Source: Obrimoposthia wandeli (Eukaryota). Taken from it: a stretch of 64,000 bases of DNA. Of the stretch, positions 53,499 to 64,000 are shown piece after piece. Position 1 is the first letter of the stretch, and every line of letters starts with the position of its first letter. The translations under genes and the position numbers were made by a program. The notes under the pieces are model-generated. The model had not been told where the DNA came from, did no database searches, and saw only the letters and a program-made list of their open reading frames with translations. The DNA is taken from the NCBI GenBank assembly GCA_977020255.1, contig CDROCS010000506.1, positions 1,364,001 through 1,428,000 of the forward strand, in the 5' to 3' direction.

Positions 53499-53590
53499 AA
53501 ATTATTTTATAACTTTGTCTAACTTAACTTTCTCTAACTTAACTTTGCAGCTCTGGCTAAGTTAACTTTACTGTTCTCTATAAATTAACC

Positions 53591-55663
53591 TTATAGCTTG
53601 GTCGATTGAGCTAAATCCAACATGAAAGCATACTCTTTCGCTGTGTCATGATAATGCTCAAAGCGTCCAGACTTACCACCGTGCCCAGTTTCCATATCTG
53701 TGTGCAGCAGTAATACATTGTCATCGGTTTTCAACTCGCGCAGTTTAGCAACCCACTTTGCAGGTTCCCAATATTGCACTTGCGAGTCATGTAAACCAGT
53801 GGTAACCAATAAGTGAGGATACGCTTGCGCCACAACTTGGTCATAAGGGCTATAAGACAGCATGTAATGGTAGTATTCCGCTTCATTAGGATTACCCCAC
53901 TCGTCATACTCCCCCGTTGTCAGCGGTATTGATTCATCAAGCATGGTACTCACGACATCAACAAAAGGTACTGCTGCAACAACACCATGATATAACTCAG
54001 GTGCAATATTAATCACCGTCCCCATCAATAAACCGCCAGCAGATCCGCCCATCGCATAAACACGTTTAGGATCAGCATAACCTTGTGCGAGTAAACCTTT
54101 GGTAACAGCGGTAAAATCCGTGAAGGTATTCATTTTATTCAATAGTTTACCGTCTTCATACCAGCCGCGACCTAATTCTTCGCCACCACGAATATGGGCA
54201 ATAGCATAGACAAAGCCACGGTCGAGTAGACTCAATAATGAAGCACTGAAATATGGGTCAATACTCGAACCATACGAGCCATATGCATATTGCAATATTG
54301 GGTTGGCGTTGGTTTTTGAGAATAACGCTTTCTTATATACCAATGAGACAGGCACTTCAACGCCATCTTCAGCTGCAATCCAAATGCGTTCACTCTGGTA
54401 ATCTTGCGCACAAAAATCACCAACAACCGTTTGCTGTTTCAAAATTTCACGCTCACCACTATCAAGATTTAACTGATAGGTTGAAGTTGGCGTGGTTAAA
54501 CTTGAATAGCCATAACGCAATTTATCCGTATCCGGATCTGGATTTGTGCCTAGCCATGCCGTATAAGTCGGGTCATCAAATTTAATGATAGTATCGGCAT
54601 TCGTCTGCCAGTTTATTTGACGTAAGAAAGTTAAACCTTGCTCACGCTCCTCAACAACAAGCCAATCACGGAACAACTCATAACTTTCTAACAGTACATT
54701 ATCACGCGCAGGAATAACTGTTTGCCATTGGTTGGTATCTGCGATTGTAGCTAATGTAGCAGACATCAAAGCAAAGTTTTTACCGGTTTTGTTACTCTGA
54801 ATATAAAACTGCTGGCGATAATGATCGACACTGTATTCATGGCCACGTTCGCGAGCAAGCAATAGTGTAAACGCTTCTGTCGGCTTATCCGCAGGTAAGG
54901 TATGTACTTCACTGGTCATGGTGCTGCTTAGCGACAACATGATGTACTCATCTGAGGTAGACTTATAGATGTCAGTGTAGAAGGTATCGTCAGACTCTTC
55001 ATAAACCAGTACATCAGTGCTGATATCAGTACCCAATTGATGACGGTAAACCTGATAAGGCAATAACGTAGTCGGGTGTTTTTTTACATAAAATAACGTC
55101 TTGCTGTCATTTGCCCACACCACAGACTCAGTATCTTCGATCTCTTCAGGGTATGCTTCACCAGTCGCAAGATTAAGGAAGCGTAATCGATATTGACGTC
55201 GACTCACAGTATCTTCAGAAAAAGCCAATACCTGATGATCTGGGCTTATCGCTAATTCACCGAGCTGATAATACTGATGGTCTTTGGCACGTTCATTGGC
55301 GTCAAGCAATACCAGCCATGATGCTCCCTCACTATCCTTACGCCAATGATATACCGGATACTCTTTACCTTCTGAAAAGCTCGTTTTGTACCAATAGCCT
55401 TTTTTAAGATAAGGCACTGATGCATCTTCTTGTTTTACCCGCGCCACCATCTCATCAAACAATTCAGTTTCTAATGGTGCTAATGGTGATAACACAGACT
55501 TGGTATAGCTGTTTTCTTGCTCTAGATAGCTTAAAACCTGTTTATTCTTACGTTCATCATCACGCAGCCAAAAGTAATCATCTTGGCGAGTATGTTGATG
55601 AATAGTCATTGAATGCGTTTGCTTCATCGCAACGGGTGCAGTAGTAGAGAGATCCATTTTCAC
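53591..55663 (-). CDS. ptrB: Oligopeptidase B (S9A)
   Basis: DDYFWLRD, GGSAGG nucleophile, DSQVQYWEPAKW, GHGGKSGRF. Confidence 0.95.
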   Translation of the reverse strand: MKMDLSTTAPVAMKQTHSMTIHQHTRQDDYFWLRDDERKNKQVLSYLEQENSYTKSVLSPLAPLETELFDEMVARVKQEDASVPYLKKGYWYKTSFSEGKEYPVYHWRKDSEGASWLVLLDANERAKDHQYYQLGELAISPDHQVLAFSEDTVSRRQYRLRFLNLATGEAYPEEIEDTESVVWANDSKTLFYVKKHPTTLLPYQVYRHQLGTDISTDVLVYEESDDTFYTDIYKSTSDEYIMLSLSSTMTSEVHTLPADKPTEAFTLLLARERGHEYSVDHYRQQFYIQSNKTGKNFALMSATLATIADTNQWQTVIPARDNVLLESYELFRDWLVVEEREQGLTFLRQINWQTNADTIIKFDDPTYTAWLGTNPDPDTDKLRYGYSSLTTPTSTYQLNLDSGEREILKQQTVVGDFCAQDYQSERIWIAAEDGVEVPVSLVYKKALFSKTNANPILQYAYGSYGSSIDPYFSASLLSLLDRGFVYAIAHIRGGEELGRGWYEDGKLLNKMNTFTDFTAVTKGLLAQGYADPKRVYAMGGSAGGLLMGTVINIAPELYHGVVAAVPFVDVVSTMLDESIPLTTGEYDEWGNPNEAEYYHYMLSYSPYDQVVAQAYPHLLVTTGLHDSQVQYWEPAKWVAKLRELKTDDNVLLLHTDMETGHGGKSGRFEHYHDTAKEYAFMLDLAQSTKL

Positions 55664-55791
55664 AAGAAGATGTCCTATAAATTAATTAAAGAGGTGTGCC
55701 TTATTTATACCCAAGTATTTATGACTAAGTACGCATTACATTAAATAAACGTTCATTTACCTAAGGTGATGAATATTAATATCCCAGATGC

Positions 55792-55816
55792 AAAAAAGGA
55801 GCGCAAGCGCTCCTTT
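55792..55816 (-). terminator. deaD terminator
   Basis: AAAGGAGCG-CAAG-CGCTCCTTT with A-tract. Confidence 0.85.
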
Positions 55817-55868
55817 CATATATTTAACTATTTATTTAACTATTAACAATTAATTGTTAATGAGCTAA

Positions 55869-57716
55869 TTAGTCACGACGTGGACGACGTGGACGACGTT
55901 CTTCGCCACCAGTTGATTCACGACGTTGACCACGATGACCGCGGTCAGCAGAAGGACGTTCGCCTTCACCAGATGGACGGCTACGTTCTTGACGACCTTC
56001 AGCTGCAACACCTTCAAGTTTGCTCATGCGTAATGCTTTGTTACAAACATAAACTTGTTGTAGTTGTTGTAACTGCTCGCTTGGCATACCTTTTGGTAAT
56101 TCAATTGTTGAGTAGTCATCATGTAGACGGATACCACCGATGTTACGGCTGTTGATATTCGCTTCATTAGCAATAGCGCCAACGATGTTCTTAACTTGAA
56201 CACCATCAGTACGACCAACTTCGATACGGAAAACTTCCATTTCAGCAGCTGGACGACGTTCGCCACGCTCAGAACGCTCACCACGTTCTGGACGGTCGCT
56301 ACGCTCACGGCGTTCGCCACGGTCGTTACGATCGCGACGTTCACCACGGTCTTCTACTTCACGGAAGCTACGTTCACGACGTGGTGCTTCAGGAGGTAGT
56401 ACTAATGGTTTTTCTTTCTGAGCCATAAATAATAACGCAGAAGCAAGGTCTAGTTCGCTAACTTCTAACTCTTCAGACAATTGTGCTGTTAAGTTTTTGT
56501 AGAAATCTAGGTTTTCGTCACCAGAAAGCATTTTAACAATGTCATCACGGAAAGATGCGATACGTTTTTTCGTAACATCATCACGTGAAGGTAGTTCCAT
56601 CATTGTTAATGGCTGACGTGTAGCACGTTCGATCGCTTTTAATAAACGACGTTCGCGTGGTGCTGCGAATAAAATTGCAGTACCTTTACGTCCAGCACGG
56701 CCTGTACGACCAATACGGTGAACGTATGATTCTGTATCAGTTGGGATATCGTAGTTGATTACTAAATCAATACGTGGAACATCAAGACCACGTGCAGCAA
56801 CATCTGTTGCGATAACGATATCTAACTGGCCACTCTTCAAACGGCTTACAGTGCGCTCACGCATTGCTTGGTTTAAATCACCGTTTAGTGCAGCTGCAGA
56901 ATAACCGCGAGCTTCTAATTTCTCAGCAAGTTCAACAGTCATTGTTTTAGTACGAGCAAAGATGATCACACCATCGTAGTCTTCAGTTTCAAGAATACGT
57001 GTTAGGCCGTCAAGTTTTGCTTGTAAACCACCAATGATTAGACATTTTTGTTCAATGTTTTCAACAGTTGATGTTTTAGTAGCAATTTTAACTGAAGTAG
57101 GTTCAGTCATAAAACGTTTAGTAATACGACGAATTTCTTCAGGCATAGTTGCTGAGAATAACGCCATTTGACGTTTTTCAGGTGTTTTAGACAGAATTGA
57201 TTCTACATCATCAATGAAGCCCATACGTAGCATTTCATCAGCTTCATCAAGTACTAATGCTTTAATACCAGAAAGATCAAGCGTACCACGGTTGATGTGA
57301 TCAATCACACGACCAGGTGTACCAACAATTACTTGTGGGTTACGTTTCAGTGCTTTTAACTGAATCGGGTAGCTTTGACCGCCGTAGATAGGTAGAACAT
57401 GGAATCCACGCATATGACGTGAGTATGCTTGGAATGCTTCAGCAACTTGAATCGCTAACTCACGAGTTGGTGCTAATACCAAAATCTGTGGTTTAGTCAG
57501 TGATGTATCAATGTTGCTCAATAATGGTAATGCAAACGCAGCTGTTTTACCCGTACCAGTCTGTGCCATACCTAGCACATCACCACCATTTTGTAGTAAT
57601 GGAATACATTCAGCTTGAATTGGTGAAGGTGTTTCATAACCTAGATCATTCAACGCTTTTAAGATTGGTTCAGGTAAGTTTAAATCAGTAAATTGTACGG
57701 GTGATGTATCAGACAT
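55869..57716 (-). CDS. deaD: DEAD-box RNA helicase DeaD/CsdA
   Basis: [29 protein letters not shown], DbpA RNA-binding domain, Arg/Glu-rich tail. Confidence 0.96.
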   Translation of the reverse strand: MSDTSPVQFTDLNLPEPILKALNDLGYETPSPIQAECIPLLQNGGDVLGMAQTGTGKTAAFALPLLSNIDTSLTKPQILVLAPTRELAIQVAEAFQAYSRHMRGFHVLPIYGGQSYPIQLKALKRNPQVIVGTPGRVIDHINRGTLDLSGIKALVLDEADEMLRMGFIDDVESILSKTPEKRQMALFSATMPEEIRRITKRFMTEPTSVKIATKTSTVENIEQKCLIIGGLQAKLDGLTRILETEDYDGVIIFARTKTMTVELAEKLEARGYSAAALNGDLNQAMRERTVSRLKSGQLDIVIATDVAARGLDVPRIDLVINYDIPTDTESYVHRIGRTGRAGRKGTAILFAAPRERRLLKAIERATRQPLTMMELPSRDDVTKKRIASFRDDIVKMLSGDENLDFYKNLTAQLSEELEVSELDLASALLFMAQKEKPLVLPPEAPRRERSFREVEDRGERRDRNDRGERRERSDRPERGERSERGERRPAAEMEVFRIEVGRTDGVQVKNIVGAIANEANINSRNIGGIRLHDDYSTIELPKGMPSEQLQQLQQVYVCNKALRMSKLEGVAAEGRQERSRPSGEGERPSADRGHRGQRRESTGGEERRPRRPRRD

Positions 57717-58002
57717 TCACGGGCCTCAGGTAGACGGGTCTTTGAATAAAGCTATATCAATTATAGCTCCACATATAGTATTTCGTGCGCAAAATTAGTG
57801 GTCTTTTGCTCAAAGTCTCTTGATGAGCGGAGCCACATAAAAAGGCTGACGTAGTGTACATCATTTAAAAATAAAAATCCCAATATATGGGACCTAAATC
57901 ACAAAAAATCACGAAAAACTTAAATAATTAAAAAGTATTACTATAAATCAATGGTTTAAATTTAACAAAAAAAAGCAGTTCACAAGTAGAAATAACTACT
58001 CC

Positions 58003-58038
58003 AAAAAAAACCTCACCTCTTAAGAGGTAAAGTTTTTT
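58003..58038 (-). terminator. Probable prfC terminator
   Basis: ACCTC-TTAA-GAGGT stem flanked by A and T tracts. Confidence 0.6.
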
Positions 58039-58062
58039 ACTCGTTTCACTGCTCTATATTAA

Positions 58063-59649
58063 TTAGTGCTCGCGTGTTTCGCGGAAAGTAACGTCTGGGT
58101 AGCGCTCTTGTGCTAAACGTAAATTCACCATAGTTGGCGCGATATACGTCAAGTTATTACCGCCATCTAAGGCAATATTATCCCAAGCTTTCTTTTTGAA
58201 TTCTTCTAACTTGCGTGGATCAGGGCAATCAACCCAACGTGCAGTCGCAACGCTGATACCTTCATAAATAGCATCCACTTTATATTCAGTACGTAAACGA
58301 TGCACAACTACATCAAACTGTAGCACACCAACCGCACCAACGATTAAATCATTTGAGCGTTGCGGACGAAACACTTGCACAGCACCTTCTTCAGATAATT
58401 GAATCAAGCCTTTTTGCAATTGCTTTTGTTTAAGTGGATCTTTCAAACGAATACGACGGAACATTTCTGGTGCGAAGTTAGGAATACCAGAGAATTTAAG
58501 TGCTTCACCCTGGGTAAACGTATCACCAATTTGGATCGTACCATGGTTATGTAAACCAATAATATCACCAGGATAGGCTTCTTCTGTTTGCGTTCGGTCA
58601 CCAGCCATAAAGGTCACGGCATCTGAAATACTCACGTCTTTATTTAGACGTACGTGTTTCATCTTCATGCCTTTACTGTATTTACCTGAGCAAACACGCA
58701 TAAAAGCAATACGGTCACGATGCTTTGGATCCATATTTGCTTGGATCTTAAACACAAAACCAGAGAAGCTTTCATCATTTGGTTCTACAGTACGCACATC
58801 AGATTCACGAGATTGTGGCGTTGGTGCCCACTCAGCTAAACCATCAAGAACATGATCAACACCGAAGTTACCTAAGGCAGTACCAAAGAATACCGGCGTT
58901 AATTCGCCCGCCATGAATAGATCATAATCGAATTCATTCGCAGCGCCCTTAACAAGCTCCATCTCTTCACGTAATTGCTCGGCATAATCACCAAGTGCTT
59001 CGTCAAGTTCAGGGTTGTTAATGCCTTTAATCACACGGCTATCTTGGATCATATGACCCTGACCGCTGTTATACATGACTACTTCGTCACGTAAGATATG
59101 GTAAATACCTTTTAGTTCTTTACCCATGCCGATCGGCCAAGTAATGGGTGCACATGCAATTTTTAATACTTCTTCAACTTCATCCATCAAATCAATTGGA
59201 TCGCGAATATCACGGTCAATTTTATTCATGAAAGTAATAATTGGCGTATCACGTAGACGTGTTACTTCCATTAACTTAACAGTACGTGCTTCTACACCTT
59301 TTGCACAGTCAATGACCATGAGGCATGAATCTACAGCCGTTAGGGTACGGTAAGTATCTTCCGAGAAATCTTCATGTCCTGGCGTATCCAGTAAGTTAAC
59401 CAGACAGTCGCGGTACGGGAACTGCATTACCGATGTTGTCACCGAAATACCACGTTCTTTTTCCATTTCCATCCAGTCAGATTTAGCATGCTGACCCGAT
59501 TTTTTACCTTTTACAGTACCGGCTTTTTGTAATGCGTTCCCGAATAAAAGTACTTTTTCGGTAATGGTTGTTTTACCAGCATCGGGATGCGAGATAATCG
59601 CAAAAGTACGTCTTTTCGACACCTCTTGCTCAAGAATGCTATTTGACAT
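58063..59649 (-). CDS. prfC: Peptide chain release factor 3
   Basis: [28 protein letters not shown]. Confidence 0.98.
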   Translation of the reverse strand: MSNSILEQEVSKRRTFAIISHPDAGKTTITEKVLLFGNALQKAGTVKGKKSGQHAKSDWMEMEKERGISVTTSVMQFPYRDCLVNLLDTPGHEDFSEDTYRTLTAVDSCLMVIDCAKGVEARTVKLMEVTRLRDTPIITFMNKIDRDIRDPIDLMDEVEEVLKIACAPITWPIGMGKELKGIYHILRDEVVMYNSGQGHMIQDSRVIKGINNPELDEALGDYAEQLREEMELVKGAANEFDYDLFMAGELTPVFFGTALGNFGVDHVLDGLAEWAPTPQSRESDVRTVEPNDESFSGFVFKIQANMDPKHRDRIAFMRVCSGKYSKGMKMKHVRLNKDVSISDAVTFMAGDRTQTEEAYPGDIIGLHNHGTIQIGDTFTQGEALKFSGIPNFAPEMFRRIRLKDPLKQKQLQKGLIQLSEEGAVQVFRPQRSNDLIVGAVGVLQFDVVVHRLRTEYKVDAIYEGISVATARWVDCPDPRKLEEFKKKAWDNIALDGGNNLTYIAPTMVNLRLAQERYPDVTFRETREH

Positions 59650-59729
59650 GAATGAGTCTTCTCATTGGGTTAAATCTAATGGGCGCTATTTTCGCTGAAA
59701 TAACGATAAGACACAAGGTCGAGCTGCAA

Positions 59730-61454
59730 TTAATAGTTGGCAATTTCAGTTAATGCTTCATGCAATGTCGGACTAAAAGAAGTCACGCCACCAATAGGCT
59801 TCACACCCGCTCTTGCTAAGGTTTTTAATGGTTGAAATTGCAGGTCGCAGAAGATAACTTGTGTATTGTAAATCTGGCATTGCTTAATAAACTGTTCCAT
59901 TGCTGCTAAACCGCCAGCATCAAGTAATGGCACCGCATCTAAATATAGAACAAAACCATCAACCTCATCTGTCTTATCCGCCAATTCTGAAAATACTCGG
60001 TCGGCTGCTGCAAAAAATAACGGTCCATTAATTTTAAATACTCGCCAGCCAGGCGGAATATCAGCCGTTACAATGCGTTTATTATTGGTAATATCGGTGA
60101 CCTTGACCATTTCGGCTATTTCTTTCATAAACAATACCGCCGCAAGCAACATGCCAGCGGTAATGGCAAGTACCATATCGAATAGAATTGTAAATGAGAA
60201 ACAAATGACGAATACCCAAATATCACTTTTCGGTGCAGTTTTTAATAAATGTCGTGCTTTAGCTGCTTCACTCATATTCCAAGCGACAGCGAGTAATAAC
60301 GCAGCCATCGAAGGCATAGGTAAATACGCCAGTAATGGCGTTAATAACACTAAACTAGCCAGTACAACGAGACTATGAATAACAGCTGAAATCGGCGTTT
60401 TAGCCCCCGCTTTCACATTCGCAGCAGAACGTTTGATCGCAGCAGTGGCAGTTATACCACCAAAAAATGGCACGACTATATTACCGATCCCCTGTCCCAG
60501 TAACTCACTATTGGCGCTATGCCTTTTTCCTGTCATACCATCAAGTGCAACTGCACACAATAATGACTCAATAGCCCCTAACATCGCGATCGCAAATGCA
60601 GCAGGTAATAGATCGGAAACTAACTTCCAACTTAATATTAACGGTTCGCCATTAACGCCCGTTTGCGACCAAGGCCACTCGAACGTAGGTAAGAATGGTG
60701 GGATCCCTGCCCCTTGGCTACCATCAGGTAATAAATAATGGAAACGGCTACCAATAGTCGCAATATCCATGCCCATATTATTTAATGTCACAGCCAATAT
60801 GCTGCCTAAAATAATGGCTGGTAAATGCGCTGGCACTACCGTTTTTAATTTTGGCCAAAGCAGCATGATAAGCAGGGTGAAAGATGCAACAGCAACACTG
60901 GGTAGGTGTAACTGCGGTAATGCATTAACGATGACTGCCAGTTTATCCCAGTAATGCTCTGGCATCGCTTCTATAGGTAGCGCAAAAAAATCTTTAAATT
61001 GTAATGTGGCAATAACCACAGCAATACCACCTGTAAAACCTAAAGTAACAGCCTCTGGAATATACTCAATGAAACGGCCCAGACGTAATACCGCCATGAT
61101 AACCAAAAGTAAACCAGACATCATCGTAGCTAACAGTAAGCCACCAAAGCCATACTGCTGGACGATAGGATACAAAATAACAACAAATGCCGCCGTAGGA
61201 CCTGAAATACTATAGCGACTACCGCCAGATATGGCGATAACGATACCACCGATAATAACAGTGTAAAGTCCGTATTGCGGGGCAACGCCGCTGGCGATAG
61301 CAAACGCGATGGCTAAAGGAATAGCAATGATACCAACCGTGATACCAGCTAATAAATCTTTTCCGAATTTAGCCTTAGTATAGTCAGAGCGACCAACCGA
61401 CTCACGTAATGCATGTGCAATACGTAACGAAAAAAGATGAGCCCTTTGCTGCAT
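59730..61454 (-). CDS. dauA: SulP-family transporter (DauA/YchM-like) with STAS domain
   Basis: DLLAGITVGIIAIPLA, SISGPTAAF, ESLLCAV, INGPLFFAAA. Confidence 0.88.
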   Translation of the reverse strand: MQQRAHLFSLRIAHALRESVGRSDYTKAKFGKDLLAGITVGIIAIPLAIAFAIASGVAPQYGLYTVIIGGIVIAISGGSRYSISGPTAAFVVILYPIVQQYGFGGLLLATMMSGLLLVIMAVLRLGRFIEYIPEAVTLGFTGGIAVVIATLQFKDFFALPIEAMPEHYWDKLAVIVNALPQLHLPSVAVASFTLLIMLLWPKLKTVVPAHLPAIILGSILAVTLNNMGMDIATIGSRFHYLLPDGSQGAGIPPFLPTFEWPWSQTGVNGEPLILSWKLVSDLLPAAFAIAMLGAIESLLCAVALDGMTGKRHSANSELLGQGIGNIVVPFFGGITATAAIKRSAANVKAGAKTPISAVIHSLVVLASLVLLTPLLAYLPMPSMAALLLAVAWNMSEAAKARHLLKTAPKSDIWVFVICFSFTILFDMVLAITAGMLLAAVLFMKEIAEMVKVTDITNNKRIVTADIPPGWRVFKINGPLFFAAADRVFSELADKTDEVDGFVLYLDAVPLLDAGGLAAMEQFIKQCQIYNTQVIFCDLQFQPLKTLARAGVKPIGGVTSFSPTLHEALTEIANY

Positions 61455-61469
61455 TCTACCGCCTTAAAG

Positions 61470-61485
61470 TGTTAATTAGATCACG
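61470..61485. promoter_or_regulatory. CRP-like site
   Basis: TGTTA-N6-TCACG (8/10 to TGTGA-N6-TCACA) just upstream of dauA. Confidence 0.45.
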
Positions 61486-61591
61486 CAATTATAATCATCT
61501 TGCTAACAGATACAATCAAGGTCAGCGCATTTAGCGACAAAATAGTCGTTTGCTTGATTCACATCAGAATTGCCGACTAATTGTCTAAATT

Positions 61592-61607
61592 TGTGTTTAT
61601 GATCACA
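61592..61607. promoter_or_regulatory. CRP-like site
   Basis: TGTGT-N6-TCACA (9/10) with AT-rich flanks in the dauA/ppaC divergent region. Confidence 0.6.
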
Positions 61608-61768
61608 TTATAAATGCGATGTTATACTTAAATAATGCAGAATAGTCGATAGAAAAGCGTAAATAACCCGAGGAAATAATGCCAAGATCGACCAGATAAG
61701 GTTGCACAGCTTAAGCGAGATCACTATTATGTCCGTTAATCCATAAACCTATAATTAATTTGGAAGCA

Positions 61769-62689
61769 ATGATGTTAGTACTAGGACACACAAACCCTGA
61801 TTGTGACAGCTTAGCCGGCTCAATCTCTCTATCTGCATTTTTAACAAAACGCGATGGCAAAACAGTAACACCAATCATGCAAGGCGAACCTAATGCTGAA
61901 GGTCTTTTCCTGCTTGAACAAGCTGGTCTAGCGTGCCCTGAAATCCGTACATCAATTGCTGGTGAAGAAGTTTGGATCATTGATTACTCTGACTTCAACC
62001 AAGCACCAAAAGATGCACGCCAAGCAACAATTCGCGGTATCGTTGATCACCACAAACTAGGTGATTTCGAAACTGACGAACAACTTGAAGCTTGGATCTG
62101 GCCTTGTGGCTGTTCAAACACGATTGTTTACAACATGTATAAGATCCATAACATCGAAATAGACCAGAAAGTAGCGGTAATGATGTTAGGTGCTATCTTG
62201 AGTGACACAGTTCACTTCAACTCGCCAACATGTACACAAATCGATATTGATGCAGCACACGAACTTGCTAAAATCGCTGGTATTGATGATATTAATGCAT
62301 TCGTTACAGCACAGTTTGCAGCAAAGTCAGATATCGCAGCAGTGCCTTCTGAAGAACTTATCTTACGCGACCTTAAAGTATATACGATTGGCAAAAAAGA
62401 CTTCTCGATTGCACAAGTAGAGATCACGAACATTGATGCAGCGCTATCACGTAAAGAAGAACTACAAGCTGAACTTGTTAAGTATAAAGCTGAATTTGGT
62501 TACCACACAGCCTTAGTGTTATTAACAGATATCACTAACCTGAACTCTATCGCTTTAATCGAAAGTGAAGAAAGCGCATTAGTAGCAGAGACACTAGGCG
62601 GTACTTTTGTTGGTGAACTTATCGACTTACCGAATGTTGTAAGCCGTAAGAAACAAGTATTACCACCACTACAAACACAATTTAAATAA
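61769..62689 (+). CDS. ppaC: Mn-dependent (family II) inorganic pyrophosphatase
   Basis: GHTNPDCDS, IDYSD, VDHH, ILSDT, RDLK, SRKKQVLP. Confidence 0.93.
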   Translation: MMLVLGHTNPDCDSLAGSISLSAFLTKRDGKTVTPIMQGEPNAEGLFLLEQAGLACPEIRTSIAGEEVWIIDYSDFNQAPKDARQATIRGIVDHHKLGDFETDEQLEAWIWPCGCSNTIVYNMYKIHNIEIDQKVAVMMLGAILSDTVHFNSPTCTQIDIDAAHELAKIAGIDDINAFVTAQFAAKSDIAAVPSEELILRDLKVYTIGKKDFSIAQVEITNIDAALSRKEELQAELVKYKAEFGYHTALVLLTDITNLNSIALIESEESALVAETLGGTFVGELIDLPNVVSRKKQVLPPLQTQFK

Positions 62690-62755
62690 GTCGTCATCGA
62701 CCACTTATTACCTCGAATAAAAGGCTGCTAGTCTAATATTTTAGGGATGAATACT

Positions 62756-62782
62756 AAAAAGGGAGCTAATTAGCTCCCTTTT
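62756..62782. terminator. Bidirectional terminator between ppaC and the acyl-CoA synthetase gene
   Basis: Perfect palindrome AAAAGGGAGCTAATTAGCTCCCTTTT. Confidence 0.88.
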
Positions 62783-62836
62783 CTATATTTAGATATTCAT
62801 GACTAATCATCAACAGAATCTGTAATTTCGTTTTAT

Positions 62837-64000
62837 TTAGTGTTCATTTTTATCACTGTTATACATCTCATCAATGTCTTTCTTATATTCACTTTCAATC
62901 ACTTTACGACGTAATTTTAATGTTGGCGTGATCTCACCTTTTTTCATACAGAATTCGCGATTAAGTAGTTTGAATTTTTTTACTTTTTCAAAATTAGCTA
63001 ATTCACTTTGCAGATCTTGTAAGCGTTTTTCGAACATAGTAACAATATGACTATGACGTAGCAGCTCCGCTTTACTTGAGAATTGTAAGTTAATCGAATT
63101 TGCATATTCTTCTAACGCTTCAAATGACGGCACTATTAAGGCGCTAACAAAATGACGGGAATCGGCAACAATAGCGACCTGATCGATAAAGTGATCTTTA
63201 TTTAACGTGCCTTCAACCAACTGTGGAGCAATATATTTGCCATTCGAGGTTTTCATTAACTCTTTAATACGTTCCGTCATCACCACTTCACCATTGGCTA
63301 AAATTTTACCCGCATCACCGGTTTTCAACCAACCATCGATAAAGTTCTTTGCGGTTTCTTCAGGCATCTTGTAATAGCCCTTCATTACCGTATCACTGCG
63401 CACTAATATTTCATTATCAGCACCAATTTTAACTTCCATATCTGGTAATGGTAAGCCAATTGAACCAAAGTCATAACCAGTACCACGATGACAGCAAACC
63501 GTCGCCGTTGTTTCCGTCATCCCATAACCCGCTTGTATTTGAATACCAATAGATTGAAAGAACTGGTTAATATCCGGGTCAACTTTAGCACCGCCACAAG
63601 GTAAAAATCGCGTATTACCGCCAAGAATCCCGCGTAGTTTCGAGAAGATAAGCTTGTCAGCAAGTTTATGTTGCTGAGCTAATAAAAACGATGGCTGTTG
63701 GTTATTATGAATAAGCTTAAAATGGCTTAGACCGACTCTTGTAGCCCAGCTAAACAGCGCTTTTTTAACTTTAGATGCAGACGCTAAACGACTATGGATC
63801 GTGCTATATATTTTTTCGTATAACCGCGGTACAGCAACCAATAATGTTGGTTTCACTTCGGCAATAACATCGATAATTAATTTCGGGTTTTCAAGGTGCA
63901 CATTGGTCGCACCACAATGCATCAGATAAAAAGACCAGCTACGTTCAAGGACATGACTCAAAGGTAAAAAGGCAATTGAAGTATCCGCTTCAGATACATC
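62837..64000 (-). CDS. Long-chain fatty acyl-CoA synthetase, AMP-binding family (partial, 5' end outside window)
   Basis: FLPLSHVLER, AVPRLYEK, GYGMTET, GWLKTGDAG, TPTLKLRR; frame open to 64000. Confidence 0.9.
   Translation of the reverse strand, partial: DVSEADTSIAFLPLSHVLERSWSFYLMHCGATNVHLENPKLIIDVIAEVKPTLLVAVPRLYEKIYSTIHSRLASASKVKKALFSWATRVGLSHFKLIHNNQQPSFLLAQQHKLADKLIFSKLRGILGGNTRFLPCGGAKVDPDINQFFQSIGIQIQAGYGMTETTATVCCHRGTGYDFGSIGLPLPDMEVKIGADNEILVRSDTVMKGYYKMPEETAKNFIDGWLKTGDAGKILANGEVVMTERIKELMKTSNGKYIAPQLVEGTLNKDHFIDQVAIVADSRHFVSALIVPSFEALEEYANSINLQFSSKAELLRHSHIVTMFEKRLQDLQSELANFEKVKKFKLLNREFCMKKGEITPTLKLRRKVIESEYKKDIDEMYNSDKNEH

Noticed and set aside
53505-53585. Short AACTTAACTTT direct repeats after ptrB
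   Set aside because: Only two exact copies in AT-rich 3' UTR DNA, with no matching known operator.
55875-56350. RGE/RERS low-complexity repeats in deaD and the antisense ORFs over them
   Set aside because: Arg/Glu/Gly-rich tails are normal for DeaD; the overlapping ORFs are shadow frames.
61620-61768. Fluoride or Mn (yybP-ykoY) riboswitch upstream of ppaC
   Set aside because: No GAUGG...CUGAUGA or AAAGGGGAGUAG core motifs were recognisable.

Overview
Chromosomal window from an AT-rich marine gammaproteobacterium (gene order and style suggest Moritella or a relative; not verifiable here). 1-24 kb is a minus-strand Wzy-dependent capsule/surface-polysaccharide locus: ops site, wza-wzb-wzc, a modified pseudaminic-acid module (pseB, pseC, pseF fused to an aldo-keto reductase, an extra SDR, pseG, a formyltransferase in the pseH slot, pseI), a KpsS-like protein, wzx, three GT2s, three hexapeptide acyltransferases and wzy. 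A nest of degraded ISAs1/IS3 elements follows, then gmd, which runs off the window edge. 24-64 kb is mostly housekeeping: trmB-like, yadHG, hpt, a LitR/HapR-family regulator, ubiX, mpl, ytjB-like, serB, a PilZ protein, ettA, deoCABD, two tandem nupC genes, a TatD protein, a GGDEF protein, an RND/MFP pair, ptrB, deaD, prfC, dauA, ppaC and a partial acyl-CoA synthetase. Best candidate for an undescribed system: an apparently intact DUF559 (Vsr-like) endonuclease gene bracketed by two copies of a bipartite C-rich/G-rich palindromic repeat doublet. The repeat supplies the gene's stop codon, and four solo copies fill neighbouring intergenic gaps, an architecture like REP-RAYT but with a different nuclease fold. 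Other leads: the Pse pathway may make an N-formylated and/or epimerised nonulosonic acid; a 110-bp non-coding element is duplicated at 107/110 identity in front of deoC and nupC; and a MITE-like hairpin carries two CsrA-type GGA loops. No rRNA, tRNA or CRISPR array was recognised.
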